Shown here: one piece after another, positions 1-9,719 of the stretch | Numbering within the stretch: the first letter of the stretch is position 1 | Layout: the number at the start of each line of letters is the position of its first letter | Origin: a virus | Direction: 5' to 3' (one strand) | Virus record (IMG/VR): IMGVR_UViG_3300045988_094921 | Coordinates: 1-31,673 of that record | DNA: 31,673 nucleotides | Notes under the pieces: model-generated | What the model was told of the DNA's origin: nothing | The model's database searches: none | Seen by the model: only the letters and a program-made list of their open reading frames with translations | Position numbers and translations under genes: made by a program

Positions 1-959
1 TTAGTGAGCTTACTAATGATTCTAACTTTGTAACTGAAACAGAGGTTTCTGGAGATTTAGCAGGTAAAGCAGATAAGACTTATGTTGATGAGCAGCTTGC
101 TACTAAACAGCCTGTAGGAGATTATGCAACAAAAACAGAACTTGCTGGTAAAGCTGATTCTTCTGTGGTAGAATCTTTATCTACTCAAGTAGCAACTAAT
201 ACTTCAGATATATCAATTATTAAAACAAAACAAGAAGAAGATGGAGATAAGATTGATTCTCTTGATAAAGAGATGGCTACTAAGCAAGATTTACTTGTAA
301 GTGGAACTAATATCAAAACAATCAATAGTCAGTCTTTACTTGGAGAAGGTAATATAGAAATTGAAAGTGGTTCTAATATTCCATTTCTATTTATAAATTC
401 CACTACTCATCTTTCTGGAGATTTCGCTGCTGTTAAGAATGCTATAGCTAATAAAACACCATTTGAGCTTTATTATGTAAATATTCTAGGTTATGGTGAT
501 ATAGCAGCTCCAGAAGTATGTTTTGTTTCAGGAGAAAATATTCAAGCTACTTTCCATTTTGAAAGTACTACAGCTAATCATACTGTAGTTCAAACTACTA
601 TTACTCCAACTGGAGTATCAGCAGATACTAGTTATCATAGTTATCAAGAGCAACTAGTTTCTGGTACTAATATAAAGACTATTAATGGTGAAAGTATTTT
701 AGGAGAAGGTAATCTTGAAATATCTGGAGGTGGAGGGACTACTGACTATACTCAGTTAACAAATAAACCTCAGATTAATTCTGTTGAGTTATCTGGCAAT
801 AAGAGTTTATCAGATTTAGGTATTCAGCCTGCTGGAAACTATATTGAAGCTGGAACTGGAACCCAACCTCAAATAAATACTATTACTGTTCTAACTCAAT
901 CAGAATATGATGGTTTATCAACTAAAGATCCTAATACACAATATTTAATTGTAGAATAA
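1..959 (+). CDS. Tail fibre-like protein, C-terminal part (5' end lies outside the window)
   Basis: Frame 3 is open from nt 3 (SELTNDSNFVTETEVSGDLAGKADKTYVDEQLATKQPVGDYATK...) into track ORF 165..959. It has a duplicated LVSGTNIKTINxxSxLGEGNxEI motif and DYTQLTNKPQINSVELSGNKS, both typical of phage fibre repeats. TAA stop at 957-959. Confidence 0.7.
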   Translation, partial: SELTNDSNFVTETEVSGDLAGKADKTYVDEQLATKQPVGDYATKTELAGKADSSVVESLSTQVATNTSDISIIKTKQEEDGDKIDSLDKEMATKQDLLVSGTNIKTINSQSLLGEGNIEIESGSNIPFLFINSTTHLSGDFAAVKNAIANKTPFELYYVNILGYGDIAAPEVCFVSGENIQATFHFESTTANHTVVQTTITPTGVSADTSYHSYQEQLVSGTNIKTINGESILGEGNLEISGGGGTTDYTQLTNKPQINSVELSGNKSLSDLGIQPAGNYIEAGTGTQPQINTITVLTQSEYDGLSTKDPNTQYLIVE

Positions 960-960
960 T

Positions 961-1803
961 ATGAATATTAGAGATGATTTAAAAACATTTTATGTAGGTA
1001 ACAGACAAGGTACTGCTATTTATGTTGGCAGTACCAAAGTCTGGCCTAGTAATATTTGCACTCCAATAGTATTTAAAAGTTTGGAGTTTAAACAGTTAGT
1101 TATAGATAATCTGTTTCCTGGACAAGATGAAATTACTGATTGTGATGCAAGTACAGTAAATAGTTGGTTTAAAGGTTATAATAGTATATTCGAAAGCACT
1201 TCTATTGAGGATGTATCCGATATGACCTATTTTTCAAATGCAAACATTAATAATGGTAATGGATTATTTTATGGGTGTAGTAACTTAAAAATTGTTCCCA
1301 ATATATTATCTAGATTTACTCAATTTAGTCAAATGTTTCAAAACTGCTCCTCTTTAGTTTCTGTGCCAGATATTAATAATCAAATAGCTGTTGCATATCA
1401 TTATATGTTTAGTGGTTGTAGTGCTTTAAAAAATGCACCAAATATAAATATGAGTAATGCAATACCCGTAGACAATATGTTTAGAGGTTGTATATCTTTA
1501 GAATCAGTGCCACAATACAATGCAGAAAAGTGACAGGATTATAGTAATATATTTGCTTCTGGGCCTTTTTCTTATTTGACAGATTTAGGAGGGTTTACTA
1601 ATATAGGGAAAAGCACTAAAATAGAAATATTAAATTTATCAAACTTACCAGTATTAACGAGTCAGTCAGTAGATAATGTTATAGATGGATTATATACTAC
1701 AGATAGAAATTTAATAATCAAATTTCATCAAACTGTATATAACTCATTAACAGAAGAGCAAAAATCACAAATCACCAGTAAAGGCTGGTCAGTAACATAT
1801 TAG
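961..1803 (+). CDS. BspA/DUF285-like leucine-rich-repeat protein, probable receptor-binding tail component
   Basis: Track ORFs 961..1533 and 1576..1803 share a frame and are joined by one TGA (1531-1533) with no TAA or TAG between them. Repeats of the form MFxxCxSLxxxP (LFYGCSNLKIVP, MFQNCSSLVSVP, MFSGCSALKNAP, MFRGCISLESVP). The C-terminal ~50 aa is paralogous to the end of 3219..4190. Confidence 0.75.
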
Positions 1804-1804
1804 T

Positions 1805-2041
1805 ATGAAAATTGAAATTAAAGAAAAATATAAAGTAGTTAGTCCAGAAGAAGGTTATGTACTTACTAACTATAAAGAAGGAATGGATATTAAATTATAC
1901 AGTTCATTTACTGAATGTATCTGTCCTTTAAGTTGCGATTTAGAGCATCTATCAGAAGTCTCTTTAGATAAGGATGCTGAATATAAAGAATTAGCTATTA
2001 AAGCTTCTAAAGAGTATGAGGAATCAATAAAAGTTAGATAA
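1805..2041 (+). CDS. Hypothetical protein (78 aa)
   Basis: Complete ORF packed tightly between neighbours (the upstream stop at 1801-1803 sits immediately before its ATG at 1805). No recognisable motif. Confidence 0.6.
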   Translation: MKIEIKEKYKVVSPEEGYVLTNYKEGMDIKLYSSFTECICPLSCDLEHLSEVSLDKDAEYKELAIKASKEYEESIKVR

Positions 2042-2043
2042 TT

Positions 2044-2703
2044 ATGATTATACTTAAGAATACTAAAAATACACAAACTTTTTATGTAAGTAAGAAATGT
2101 GGTATTGAACCTGGACAACTTCCTGTTGGTTCTTATACTAAGATTGAAGCAGATGAAAGATTTCAACCTAAAGGTAATTACATTTCTGAGGAGAAAGCAG
2201 AAGAGTTAATTGATACTAAAGTAACAGAAAGTATTGAAGATCAAGTTCCTCCTTTAGTAGATCAATCTATAGATGCTAAACTTGTTCCAATTAATACTGA
2301 GATTACTAATCTTAAAGGGGAAGTTGAGGAGTTAGAAACTTCTAAGATGGAAGTATTCCAAGCTAATCAACCTCTATCTTTACATAGAAATGGAGAAGGT
2401 TTGCAACTATCTGTAGATTTAAGTAATTATGCAACTAAAGCAGAAATTCCTGATACTAGTGATTTTGCTACTAAAGAAGAGCTTACAGCTGTAGAGAATA
2501 AGATTCCTGATGTATCTGGATTAGCTACTAAAGATGAAGTTGCACTTAAAGCAGATAAAAGTGAGTTATCAAACTATGTAACTACAGATGCATATAATAC
2601 AAAGATGACAGAGTTAGATGGAGAAATCTCAGCAATTCAAGCTCAGATTGGTAATATTTCAACTACTCTTGATACAATTAATGGTGAAATTCCAAATGAA
2701 TAG
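2044..2703 (+). CDS. Tail fibre-like coiled-coil protein
   Basis: 219-aa ORF with repeated xxATKxE(I/L/V) units ([51 protein letters not shown]), the same repeat family as the fibre genes at both window ends. Confidence 0.7.
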   Translation: MIILKNTKNTQTFYVSKKCGIEPGQLPVGSYTKIEADERFQPKGNYISEEKAEELIDTKVTESIEDQVPPLVDQSIDAKLVPINTEITNLKGEVEELETSKMEVFQANQPLSLHRNGEGLQLSVDLSNYATKAEIPDTSDFATKEELTAVENKIPDVSGLATKDEVALKADKSELSNYVTTDAYNTKMTELDGEISAIQAQIGNISTTLDTINGEIPNE

Positions 2704-3217
2704 AGTATTAACAAATTATCCTAACTATAGTGTATCTTCTACAGGAGATGTATATAGTAACCCATTGACTTTTAAAGATTCTATTGGAAGAACCAGAAAA
2801 CAAATACATAAAAAGCTAAAACAGCATATAGATAAATATGGCTATAATTATGTAATTCTAGTATCTGGCTTAGATAAACCTAAAGCTATTAAAGTTCACA
2901 GACTAGTAGCAGAAGCATTTATTCCAAATCCTGACAATCTACCATATGTTAACCATATAAATGAAAATAAGACAGATAATAGGGTAGAAAATTTAGAATG
3001 ATGTGATGCAAAGTATAATAATACATATGGAACTAGAATAAATAGATGTATTGATAAAATTAGTAAACCTGTAGGGCTATTTATTAATGATTTACTAGTT
3101 AAAACATATAAAAATGCAATTGAAACATCAATAGATGGGTATACTCATAGTAGAGTTATAGATTGTCTTAAAGGAAGAACAGACACTTATAAAGGGGTAA
3201 AATTTAAATATATCTAA
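2696..3217 (+). CDS. HNH homing endonuclease (NUMOD4-like N-terminus, HNH core, C-terminal DNA-binding module), copy 1
   Basis: The ATG at 2696 overlaps the upstream TAG (ATGAATAG). [12 protein letters not shown]...[17 protein letters not shown] then TGA (2999-3001) then [12 protein letters not shown]. This is the conserved NLEWC motif, and the paralog at 13407..13901 spells the same W with TGG. TAA at 3215-3217. Confidence 0.85.
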
Positions 3218-3218
3218 T

Positions 3219-4190
3219 ATGGCAAATACAATTTCTGATAAATTAACGTATCTTGAAGGTACTAAGAGTGCCATTAAAGATGCTATTGTAGCTAAAGGTG
3301 TTGCTGTATCAGATTCCGATACCTTTAGAAGCTATGCAGATAAGATAGGACAGATTTCTGGAGGTGGTGGAGGAAAGGTTAATTTAAATGATTATGGATT
3401 AACATTTGCATATTCTAGTATGACACAAGAACAATATAATAATATAGAATATTCTCTTCCAGATAATATAAATAATTGATTTGATGGGACTAATTTCATA
3501 TCTACAATAGATATATCAAGTCATATTGATCTGTCTAAAGTATATGACGCATCATATGCCTTCCAAAACACATATAATATATATATTGATAATATAAGAA
3601 CTAGAGTTGGGGATTCGTACGCATTTTCTGGATTTCGAGGCACACTAAATAATTTAGAATTAATTAATACCTCAGCCTTTAGTTGAAGTTATGCAACAAG
3701 AACATTCTTTAATGCTTTTAATTTACCGACTACTTTAAAAGTGATAAATGAAGTTGATACTTGTGTATCATCTTTACAATTTTTCTTTTATTCTGTTAGC
3801 AGTAATGTTCCTGAAATTGAAGTTATTAATGGACAACTATCTTTATATTATTACTTTAGTTCAGATAATGAGGGTGTTACAACAGTAGGAAAAATTAAAT
3901 TAAATAATTGCACATTAACAGAAGATCTAAATGAAACTTCAATATGTGCATATGCTAATACTACTGTTACTTATTTTGGGGGTGTTGAAGGAGCTGATAA
4001 AAGTATGAATTTAGCAAATTTTAGAGCACTAAATAGTCAATCAGTAACTGATATTATTACAAATGTTAGTGATTTAACTGGAAAGGATACCAAAACTTTA
4101 ACTTTTTATACTAACGTTTATAATGCACTTACTGAGGAACAGAAATCATTAGCCACATCTAAAAACTGAACTTTAGCAAGTTTAAACTAA
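3219..4190 (+). CDS. LRR-like receptor-binding or tail protein, paralog of 961..1803
   Basis: Track ORFs 3219..3479 and 3741..4169 share a frame and are joined through TGA at 3477, 3684 and 4167. The true stop is TAA at 4188-4190. The N-terminal LTYLEGTKSAIKDAIVAKGVAVSDSDTFRSYADKI plus a Gly linker is common in phage fibre and LRR proteins. C-terminal NVYNALTEEQKSLATSKN(TGA)T aligns with TVYNSLTEEQKSQITSKG(TGG)S of 961..1803. Confidence 0.75.
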
Positions 4191-4191
4191 T

Positions 4192-4242
4192 TGTCAGTTT
4201 TTATTTTTTCTTAGTACTTTGAGTGAGTAAAAAACTTGACAT
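4192..4242 (+). repeat. Conserved ~50-nt intergenic dyad element, copy C
   Basis: TGTCAGTTTTTATTTTTTCTTAGTACTTTGAGTGAGTAAAAAACTTGACAT starts 2 nt after the upstream stop codon. The arms TGTCAGTTTTTA and TAAAAAACTTGACA are inverted repeats. Confidence 0.8.
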
Positions 4243-4275
4243 TAAAGGAGGCTTAGGTCTCCTTTAATTATTTTA
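4242..4275 (+). terminator. Rho-independent terminator-like hairpin
   Basis: 9-bp stem TTAAAGGAG (4242-4250) pairs with CTCCTTTAA (4259-4267) around an 8-nt loop, followed by TTATTTTAAT. Confidence 0.55.
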
Positions 4276-4343
4276 ATACATTAGTAAATTGGTTTATATT
4301 TTAAGAAAAAGATATGTAAAACTAATGTAAATTGCTGTAAAAT

Positions 4344-4736
4344 ATGAATTATACTCTATTAATGCAAAATACAACTACTAAAGAAGTTTATACATTTGAT
4401 CTTGAAAATCAGAATTATTCTGAGAATATCTACTATAAGTTTGATATTACACTTCAAGAAGGAATGAGAGATGGTGAATATCAATATATTTTATTTACTA
4501 ATCCAAATAAATTTCAAGTTATAGTTGATGTAAACAATCCATTTAGATCAGAGTTATATGGCAATCCAGTTATTCTGGTTACATATAATAATACTCTTAC
4601 TAATGGTACTCAGATATTAGTTGCTGGTAAACCAATACCTATATTGGGAACAGGATTAATAAGAATTGGAGATTATGAGAATAATAATTATCAATACGAC
4701 AAACCTAATACATACGTAAGTTATGAGCGAAAATAA
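4344..4736 (+). CDS. Hypothetical protein (130 aa), first gene of the portal module
   Basis: Complete ORF. Its end overlaps the portal start by 14 nt. No motif recognised. Confidence 0.6.
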   Translation: MNYTLLMQNTTTKEVYTFDLENQNYSENIYYKFDITLQEGMRDGEYQYILFTNPNKFQVIVDVNNPFRSELYGNPVILVTYNNTLTNGTQILVAGKPIPILGTGLIRIGDYENNNYQYDKPNTYVSYERK

Positions 4737-5814
4737 AACAAAAGTTCAGTTAAGTGCTATTGATCCATTTATTGCAAGTAATATCGTATTACCTACAGAA
4801 ACTAAAGTGAGAGGAAAAGATTATGTAATGTGAGGAGAAGATAATAAATATCCATTATATCTATGGGATTTATATTTAAATGTTGCCACTCTCCAATCCA
4901 TTATTAATGGTTCTGCTGACTTTATTGTTGGTAACGATGTTAAATGTAATGCTCCAGGATTTGAGGTAGTTGTAAACAAGAAAGGTGAAACAATAGTTGA
5001 TATAATGAGAAAAATCACTATTGATAAGATGATATTTGGAGGTTATGCTATCCAAGTAATTAGAGATATGCTCGGAAGAGTTGCAGAGATCTATCATATT
5101 GATTTTATGAATGTAAGGTCAAGCGAAAAGAATGATATATTATATTATGCAACTGATTGGACAGCTTGGTCTGTAAAAGCTATAAAATATCCAAAATTTG
5201 GAGCTGGGGATGAAAATCCAGCTAGTATATTTTATAATAAAGGTTATATAACAAGAGGAGTATATCCTATTCCTGTTTATGGAGCTGCTATTTTATCTTG
5301 TGAAACTGAGAAAAATATTAATGAATTCCATTTAAATAACATCAATAATGGATTTATGGGTAATCTTATTATTAACTTTAATAATGGGGAACCTACAGAT
5401 GAAATTAGAGAGGAGATTGAGAGGAATATTAATGAGAAGTTCTCTGGTTATCAGAATGCTGGCAGAATATTGATTTCATATAATGCAGATGAGGCAAATA
5501 AGACTACTATTGAAAGATTAGATTCTGATGATTTTGATGAGAAATATCAATCATTATCTGAGAGAACCAGAGATCAAATATTCTGTGCCTTCAGAGCTAA
5601 TCCTTCGTTGTTCGGTTTAAACTATAGCTCAGGATTTAATGAAAATGAGTTTAATGAAGCATTTAAGCTATATAATCGTACTTTTGTACGCCCAATACAA
5701 TCAGAAATTTGTGACTCATTTGATAAAATCTTCGGCATTAAGAATAGTATTACTATTGAACCATTTAGTTTAACTCCAAAAGGAATGTCAGACAATGCAG
5801 AAAATGTTGAATAA
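4723..5814 (+). CDS. Portal protein
   Basis: The ATG at 4723 is in frame with track ORF 5005..5814 through one TGA (4831-4833, YVM-W-GEDNKYPLYLWDLY). 363 aa. The overall pattern (IINGSADFIVG..., MIFGGYAIQVIRD..., FMGNLIINFNNG..., SERTRDQIFCAFRANPSLFG) resembles phage portal proteins. Confidence 0.7.
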
Positions 5815-6447
5815 TTATACAGTGTACTGCCATAAGAATATAGCTGATAATAAATTATATTTTGGAATAACATCACTTACTTTAAATAATAGATGGGGAA
5901 CTAAAGGTCAAGGTTACAAGAATAATCTTTATTTTAGCAGAGCAATTAAAAAATATGGTTGAGATAATTTTGAGCATATTATAATTAGAGATAATCTTCC
6001 AGAAGCTTGTGCTAAGACTTTAGAAAAGATTCTGATTTATAAGTATAATACTAGAAATCCAAAATATGGGTATAATTTAACTGATGGAGGAGACGGTACT
6101 TGTGGATATTCTTTTTCACAAGATTATAAAGATAGTCTTAGAATTATAAGATCAGGAGAAAATAACTCATTTTATGGTAAACAGCATTCAGATGAAAGCA
6201 AGCGTAAAATGAGGGAGGCAAAACTCCTTGAAATAAAGGTATGAAACTCTCAGATAAAGAAAAACAACTAATTTCAGAACGTCAGTGCAAAAAAGTATAT
6301 AAGTATGATTTAGATGGTAATTTTATTTGTGAGTATAAATCAGCTAAGGAAGCTGGAGAGAAGAATAATGTAGATTCTTCTAGTATATCTAGATCTTGTA
6401 GAAAAAATAAACCCTGCAAAAATTATAAATATTATTATGGAATATAG
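5804..6447 (+). CDS. GIY-YIG homing endonuclease, copy 1, with a broken reading frame (needs a -1 shift at A-run 6220-6223)
   Basis: Frame 2 from ATG 5804 gives MLNNYTVYCHKN..KLYFGIT...AIKKYG(TGA)DNFEH...YGYNLTDGGDGT...FYGKQHSDESKRKMREAK. The C-terminal DNA-binding part (KTP(TGA)NKGMKLSDKEKQLIS...KVYKYDLDGNFICEYKSAKEAGEKNNV) is in frame 1 (track ORF 6241..6447). Frame 2 itself stops at 6269-6271. Confidence 0.7.
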
Positions 6448-7114
6448 AAATGTACTATTAATATCTGAAGATTATATAAAATCAGAATCCAATTTAGACA
6501 ATAATGTTTCTGGTAAATATCTTCAGTCAGCAATTAAACTTGCACAAGATATTGAGCTTCAGTCATTAATTGGAACTAAGCTCTTAGAAAAGATTCAGAA
6601 ATTAGTAATTGATTGAAAAGATCCAAATAAACCAGTTCATCCAATAGAACCTCCTATTTATGATCCTACTTCAATAGATGACCCAGAAAATCATAGATAT
6701 AAAGAATTGCTAGATTACTATATTCAGCCTTATTTACTTTATCAAGTATTAAGTGAGATTACTATACCCATCTCATTTAAGCTGAGTAATTTTGGGGTTA
6801 TGAGGACTGATGATGAGAAAGATTTAACTTCTGATATTAATCAAGTTAATCTTATTAAGAAGTATTATAGAGATAAAGCAGATTTCTTTAAAACTAGATT
6901 GCAAAATTGGGTAATTACATATTATAATGATTTTCCTGAATTGTATTCTTATAAACCTCTTAAAGATATGTATCCAAATATGTATTCAAGTTCATCTTGC
7001 ACTATTTGGTTAGGTGGAGCTAGAGGTAAAGGTTGGAGATATAATTCTTGTGAAGGTCCTCTGCAAAGAGCTTATGATTTCCCTTCAAGTGATAACAATA
7101 AAAAGAGTAAGTAA
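6437..7114 (+). CDS. Possible head-tail connector or adaptor protein
   Basis: The ATG at 6437 (MEYRNVLLISEDYIKSESNLDNNVSGKYLQSAIKLAQDIELQSLIGTKLLEKI) is joined to track ORF 6707..7114 through TGA 6614-6616. The N-terminal pattern and position after the portal resemble gp6-like connector proteins. The functional call is tentative. Confidence 0.5.
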
Positions 7115-7115
7115 A

Positions 7116-7541
7116 ATGACGTATTTTGAATTAATAAACAATTTAAAAGCTTGTGCTCTTGAAGAACCCAATATTAATTTTGTAGGAAGTAAGGATATAT
7201 ATGAACTTAATAGTATCCCAACTATTGAATATAATGTATTTTATATAACTCCAAATACATTTAATATGGATGAGGATACTATTACTTACTCTTTAAATCT
7301 CTATTTTATAGCAAGATGGGATGAAACTGATAATAATCAGCTTGAAGAGCAATCAGCTGGAATATTAGCATTAACTAATATAATTAACCGATTTAATAAC
7401 CAATATCCAGAAGTTGATATTTCTTATCCTTTAATTTTTACTCCATTTTATCAGAAGTTCAAAGATATTTGTACTGGAGTATTTGTTAGAGTTGATTTAG
7501 CTGTAGACAACACTCTGGGTACTTGTTCTGATAATATGTAA
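7116..7541 (+). CDS. Hypothetical structural-module protein (141 aa)
   Basis: The ATG at 7116 (MTYFELINNLK...) is internal to track ORF 7014..7541. The upstream extension overlaps the previous gene in another frame. Confidence 0.6.
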   Translation: MTYFELINNLKACALEEPNINFVGSKDIYELNSIPTIEYNVFYITPNTFNMDEDTITYSLNLYFIARWDETDNNQLEEQSAGILALTNIINRFNNQYPEVDISYPLIFTPFYQKFKDICTGVFVRVDLAVDNTLGTCSDNM

Positions 7542-8194
7542 TGGAAAATAAATTAAACTGGTTTGGAAAGGTATTAGAATGAGTAGATAAATATGGACTG
7601 TGGAAAATAATTAAAGGTGGATTTGGATTTATATTTATTTCTTATGTAATAATTATAAGTACTAATCCAGGAATAATATATGATAAAGTTGTAAGTTATA
7701 TAGAAACAGTTCATAGTACTAATCAAGTAATACGACAAGAAGCGGATCTTAAGGTTAGATATATCCTTAAAGATCTTTTAAATGATACGAATGCAGATAG
7801 AGCTTGAGTTATTGAGTATCATAATGGCACTTCAGGATTAGGAGGATTACCATTCACTTATGGAATTATGAATAGTGAAGAAACAGAACCTGGAGTTGCT
7901 CCAGTTTCAAGTCACTATAAAGACTTCCTATTATCTGATTATTTATTTATATTGGAAACATCTAAAAAAGGAGGATGATTTGGAGATGTTGAAGATATAA
8001 AGGAATTAGATAGAAGAATGTATTATACATTTAAATCTAATGATGTTAATAAGATTGCAATATTCTATTTAAAATCAGAAGATAGAGATATTGGAATTTT
8101 AGGCTTATCTTATTGTGATAATGAGATGCCAGTTGATACTTGAGTAAAACTAAGAGATGCAGGAATTAAAGTAAGTATAATTTTAAATAAATAA
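7541..8194 (+). CDS. N-terminally membrane-anchored protein of unknown function, immediately upstream of the holin and endolysin
   Basis: TAATG start at 7541. Open only if TGA at 7580, 7805, 7976 and 8141 are sense. One hydrophobic helix (GGFGFIFISYVIIIS). TAA at 8192-8194. Invisible in the standard-code track. Confidence 0.65.
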
Positions 8195-8197
8195 GTT

Positions 8198-8359
8198 ATG
8201 AAATATTGGATGAAATATTTAATAGCAATAGTAATTATAATCTTAGTATTTTTAATGGTAAAAGTAATTCCATTTTGGATTACATTAGTACTCATAGCAC
8301 TTGGTGCAGGATGTCATTTATTTTACCGTTATACTATGCTTAAAGATATTATTAAATAA
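8198..8359 (+). CDS. Holin candidate (53 aa, two predicted transmembrane helices)
   Basis: MKYWMKYLIAIVIIILVFLMVKVIPFWITLVLIALGAGCHLFYRYTMLKDIIK. Two hydrophobic stretches and a charged C-terminus. Its stop overlaps the endolysin ATG (TAATG). Confidence 0.6.
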   Translation: MKYWMKYLIAIVIIILVFLMVKVIPFWITLVLIALGAGCHLFYRYTMLKDIIK

Positions 8360-8808
8360 TGAAATATTTTACTATTAGTGAATTAACAAGATCTGATACA
8401 GCTTCTATTAAGAAGATAGATAATACTCCAAATAAAGAGATTACTGAACACCTTATAGAGTTAGTCGAGAAACTTTTAGACCCATTAAGAAGTGATTGGG
8501 CAGAGTATTGTGATGTTAATCGGTTGGGGAATCCAGCAATAAGTGTGAATTCAGGTTATAGATGTAATGAGCTTAATAAAGCTGTAGGAGGATCTTTGAC
8601 ATCTGCCCATCTAACAGGATATGCAGCAGATATAATTCCAAGTAACGGCCAAATGAAAGAATTTCAGGTTTGGATTACTGAAGCTATTGAAAAGTATGAT
8701 TTTGACGAATGCTTTATAGAAAGAAGTAGTACTGCTCACTGAGTGCATATTGCTTTATATAGTATTAAAGGATTACAACGAAGAAAGAAAGGTAATTTAT
8801 ATGTATAG
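8359..8808 (+). CDS. Endolysin, peptidase M15 (zinc D-Ala-D-Ala carboxypeptidase / L-Ala-D-Glu peptidase fold)
   Basis: [28 protein letters not shown] then ...ERSSTAH-(TGA 8740-8742)-VHIAL. The conserved W-x-H metal-ligand motif is spelled with TGA. The true stop is TAG at 8806-8808. Confidence 0.8.
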
Positions 8809-9391
8809 TGTATATGTTCATTTAAACAAGATTAATGGTAAGAAATATATTGGAATTACTTGTAAGAAGCCAGAGATACGATGGGCAAACGGTCTTGGCT
8901 ATAGAAAACAGCCATTTGAAAATGCTATTAAAAAATATGGATGAGATGGATTTGAACACATTATAGTTAAAGAAGGATTACCAGAAGCTTGTGCTAAAAC
9001 ATTAGAGAAGATTCTTATTTATAGATATAATACTCGTAATCTGAAATACGGTTATAATGCTACAGACGGAGGTGATGGCACATTAGGAATTACATTTACT
9101 CAAGAAAGAAAAGACAAGATAAGAGCTAAAAGTATTGGAAGACATCCATCAGAAGAAACTAGGAAAAAGATGAGTGATAGCCAGAAAGGAAGAGATTTGA
9201 GCTATTTAAATAATTCTTTTGGTAATAATCCAAGAGCTAAGAAAGTAGGTGCATATAAAGATGATATTCTTATTAAAGAATATGATTGTGCAGTTAGTGC
9301 TTCTTTAGATGTCGGAGTTCATAAAAATTCTATTGCTAAAGCAATTAGAGAAGGTTATAAAGTAAAAGGATTCAAGTGAAGATATGTTTAA
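8801..9391 (+). CDS. GIY-YIG homing endonuclease, copy 2
   Basis: [20 protein letters not shown]...AIKKYG(TGA 8942)DGFEH...[12 protein letters not shown]...[16 protein letters not shown]...KGFK(TGA 9377)RYV. Track ORFs 8750..8944 and 9170..9379 share a frame. TAA at 9389-9391. Confidence 0.85.
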
Positions 9392-9402
9392 TAAAAAAGA
9401 AA

Positions 9403-9430
9403 AGGAGGGCAAATAACCCTCCTATTTTCA
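9403..9430. terminator. Bidirectional rho-independent terminator between convergent gene blocks
   Basis: AGGAGGG (9403-9409) pairs with CCCTCCT (9417-9423) around a 7-nt loop. An A-tract lies upstream and a T-tract downstream, so it reads as a terminator on both strands. Confidence 0.75.
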
Positions 9431-9431
9431 T

Positions 9432-9575
9432 TTATTCCATTATTTCAAATAATTTATCATCTTCTTTAGGTATTAAATCTCCTGTTTGTAAGTCTACTAA
9501 AAACTTACTATTTTCTGGTATTACATATACATAATACACTCCATTTATACATACTTTATAGGTTTGGTATTTCAT
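9432..9575 (-). CDS. Hypothetical small protein (47 aa)
   Basis: Minus-strand ORF MKYQTYKVCINGVYYVYVIPENSKFLVDLQTGDLIPKEDDKLFEIME, packed 1 nt after the previous minus-strand gene. Too short for the track. Confidence 0.45.
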   Translation of the reverse strand: MKYQTYKVCINGVYYVYVIPENSKFLVDLQTGDLIPKEDDKLFEIME

Positions 9576-9576
9576 A

Positions 9577-9717
9577 TTAATCAGTATATGTTGCATTAGT
9601 AATTTCTGGTTTTGGCATTTCTTCTACTTCTTCCCAAACTAAACCTCTATTCTGGTTTTCTAGTTGAACTATTCTGTATTCTAGTTCTTCAAGCTTTTTA
9701 AATAAATGATCATCCAT
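9577..9717 (-). CDS. Hypothetical small coiled-coil protein (46 aa)
   Basis: Minus-strand ORF MDDHLFKKLEELEYRIVQLENQNRGLVWEEVEEMPKPEITNATYTD, tightly packed in the operon. Confidence 0.45.
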   Translation of the reverse strand: MDDHLFKKLEELEYRIVQLENQNRGLVWEEVEEMPKPEITNATYTD

Positions 9718-9719
9718 AA

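Noticed and set aside
3355-3375. G-rich tracts (GGAGGTGGTGGAGGA here and GGAGGTGGAGGG near 725-736) might be slippery or regulatory sequences.
   Set aside because: They sit in frame and encode Gly linkers (SGGGGG, SGGGGT) between domains of fibre or LRR proteins. No alternative frame opens there.
4236-4241. The TTGACA at the end of the dyad element could be a sigma-70 -35 box.
   Set aside because: In copies C, D and B the sequence 17-18 nt downstream lies inside a GC hairpin with no TATAAT-like box. Only copy E has a plausible TTGACA-N18-TATAAA. The early promoters that can be recognised are of the Bacteroidota TTTG/TAnnTTTG type, so a general sigma-70 reading is unlikely.
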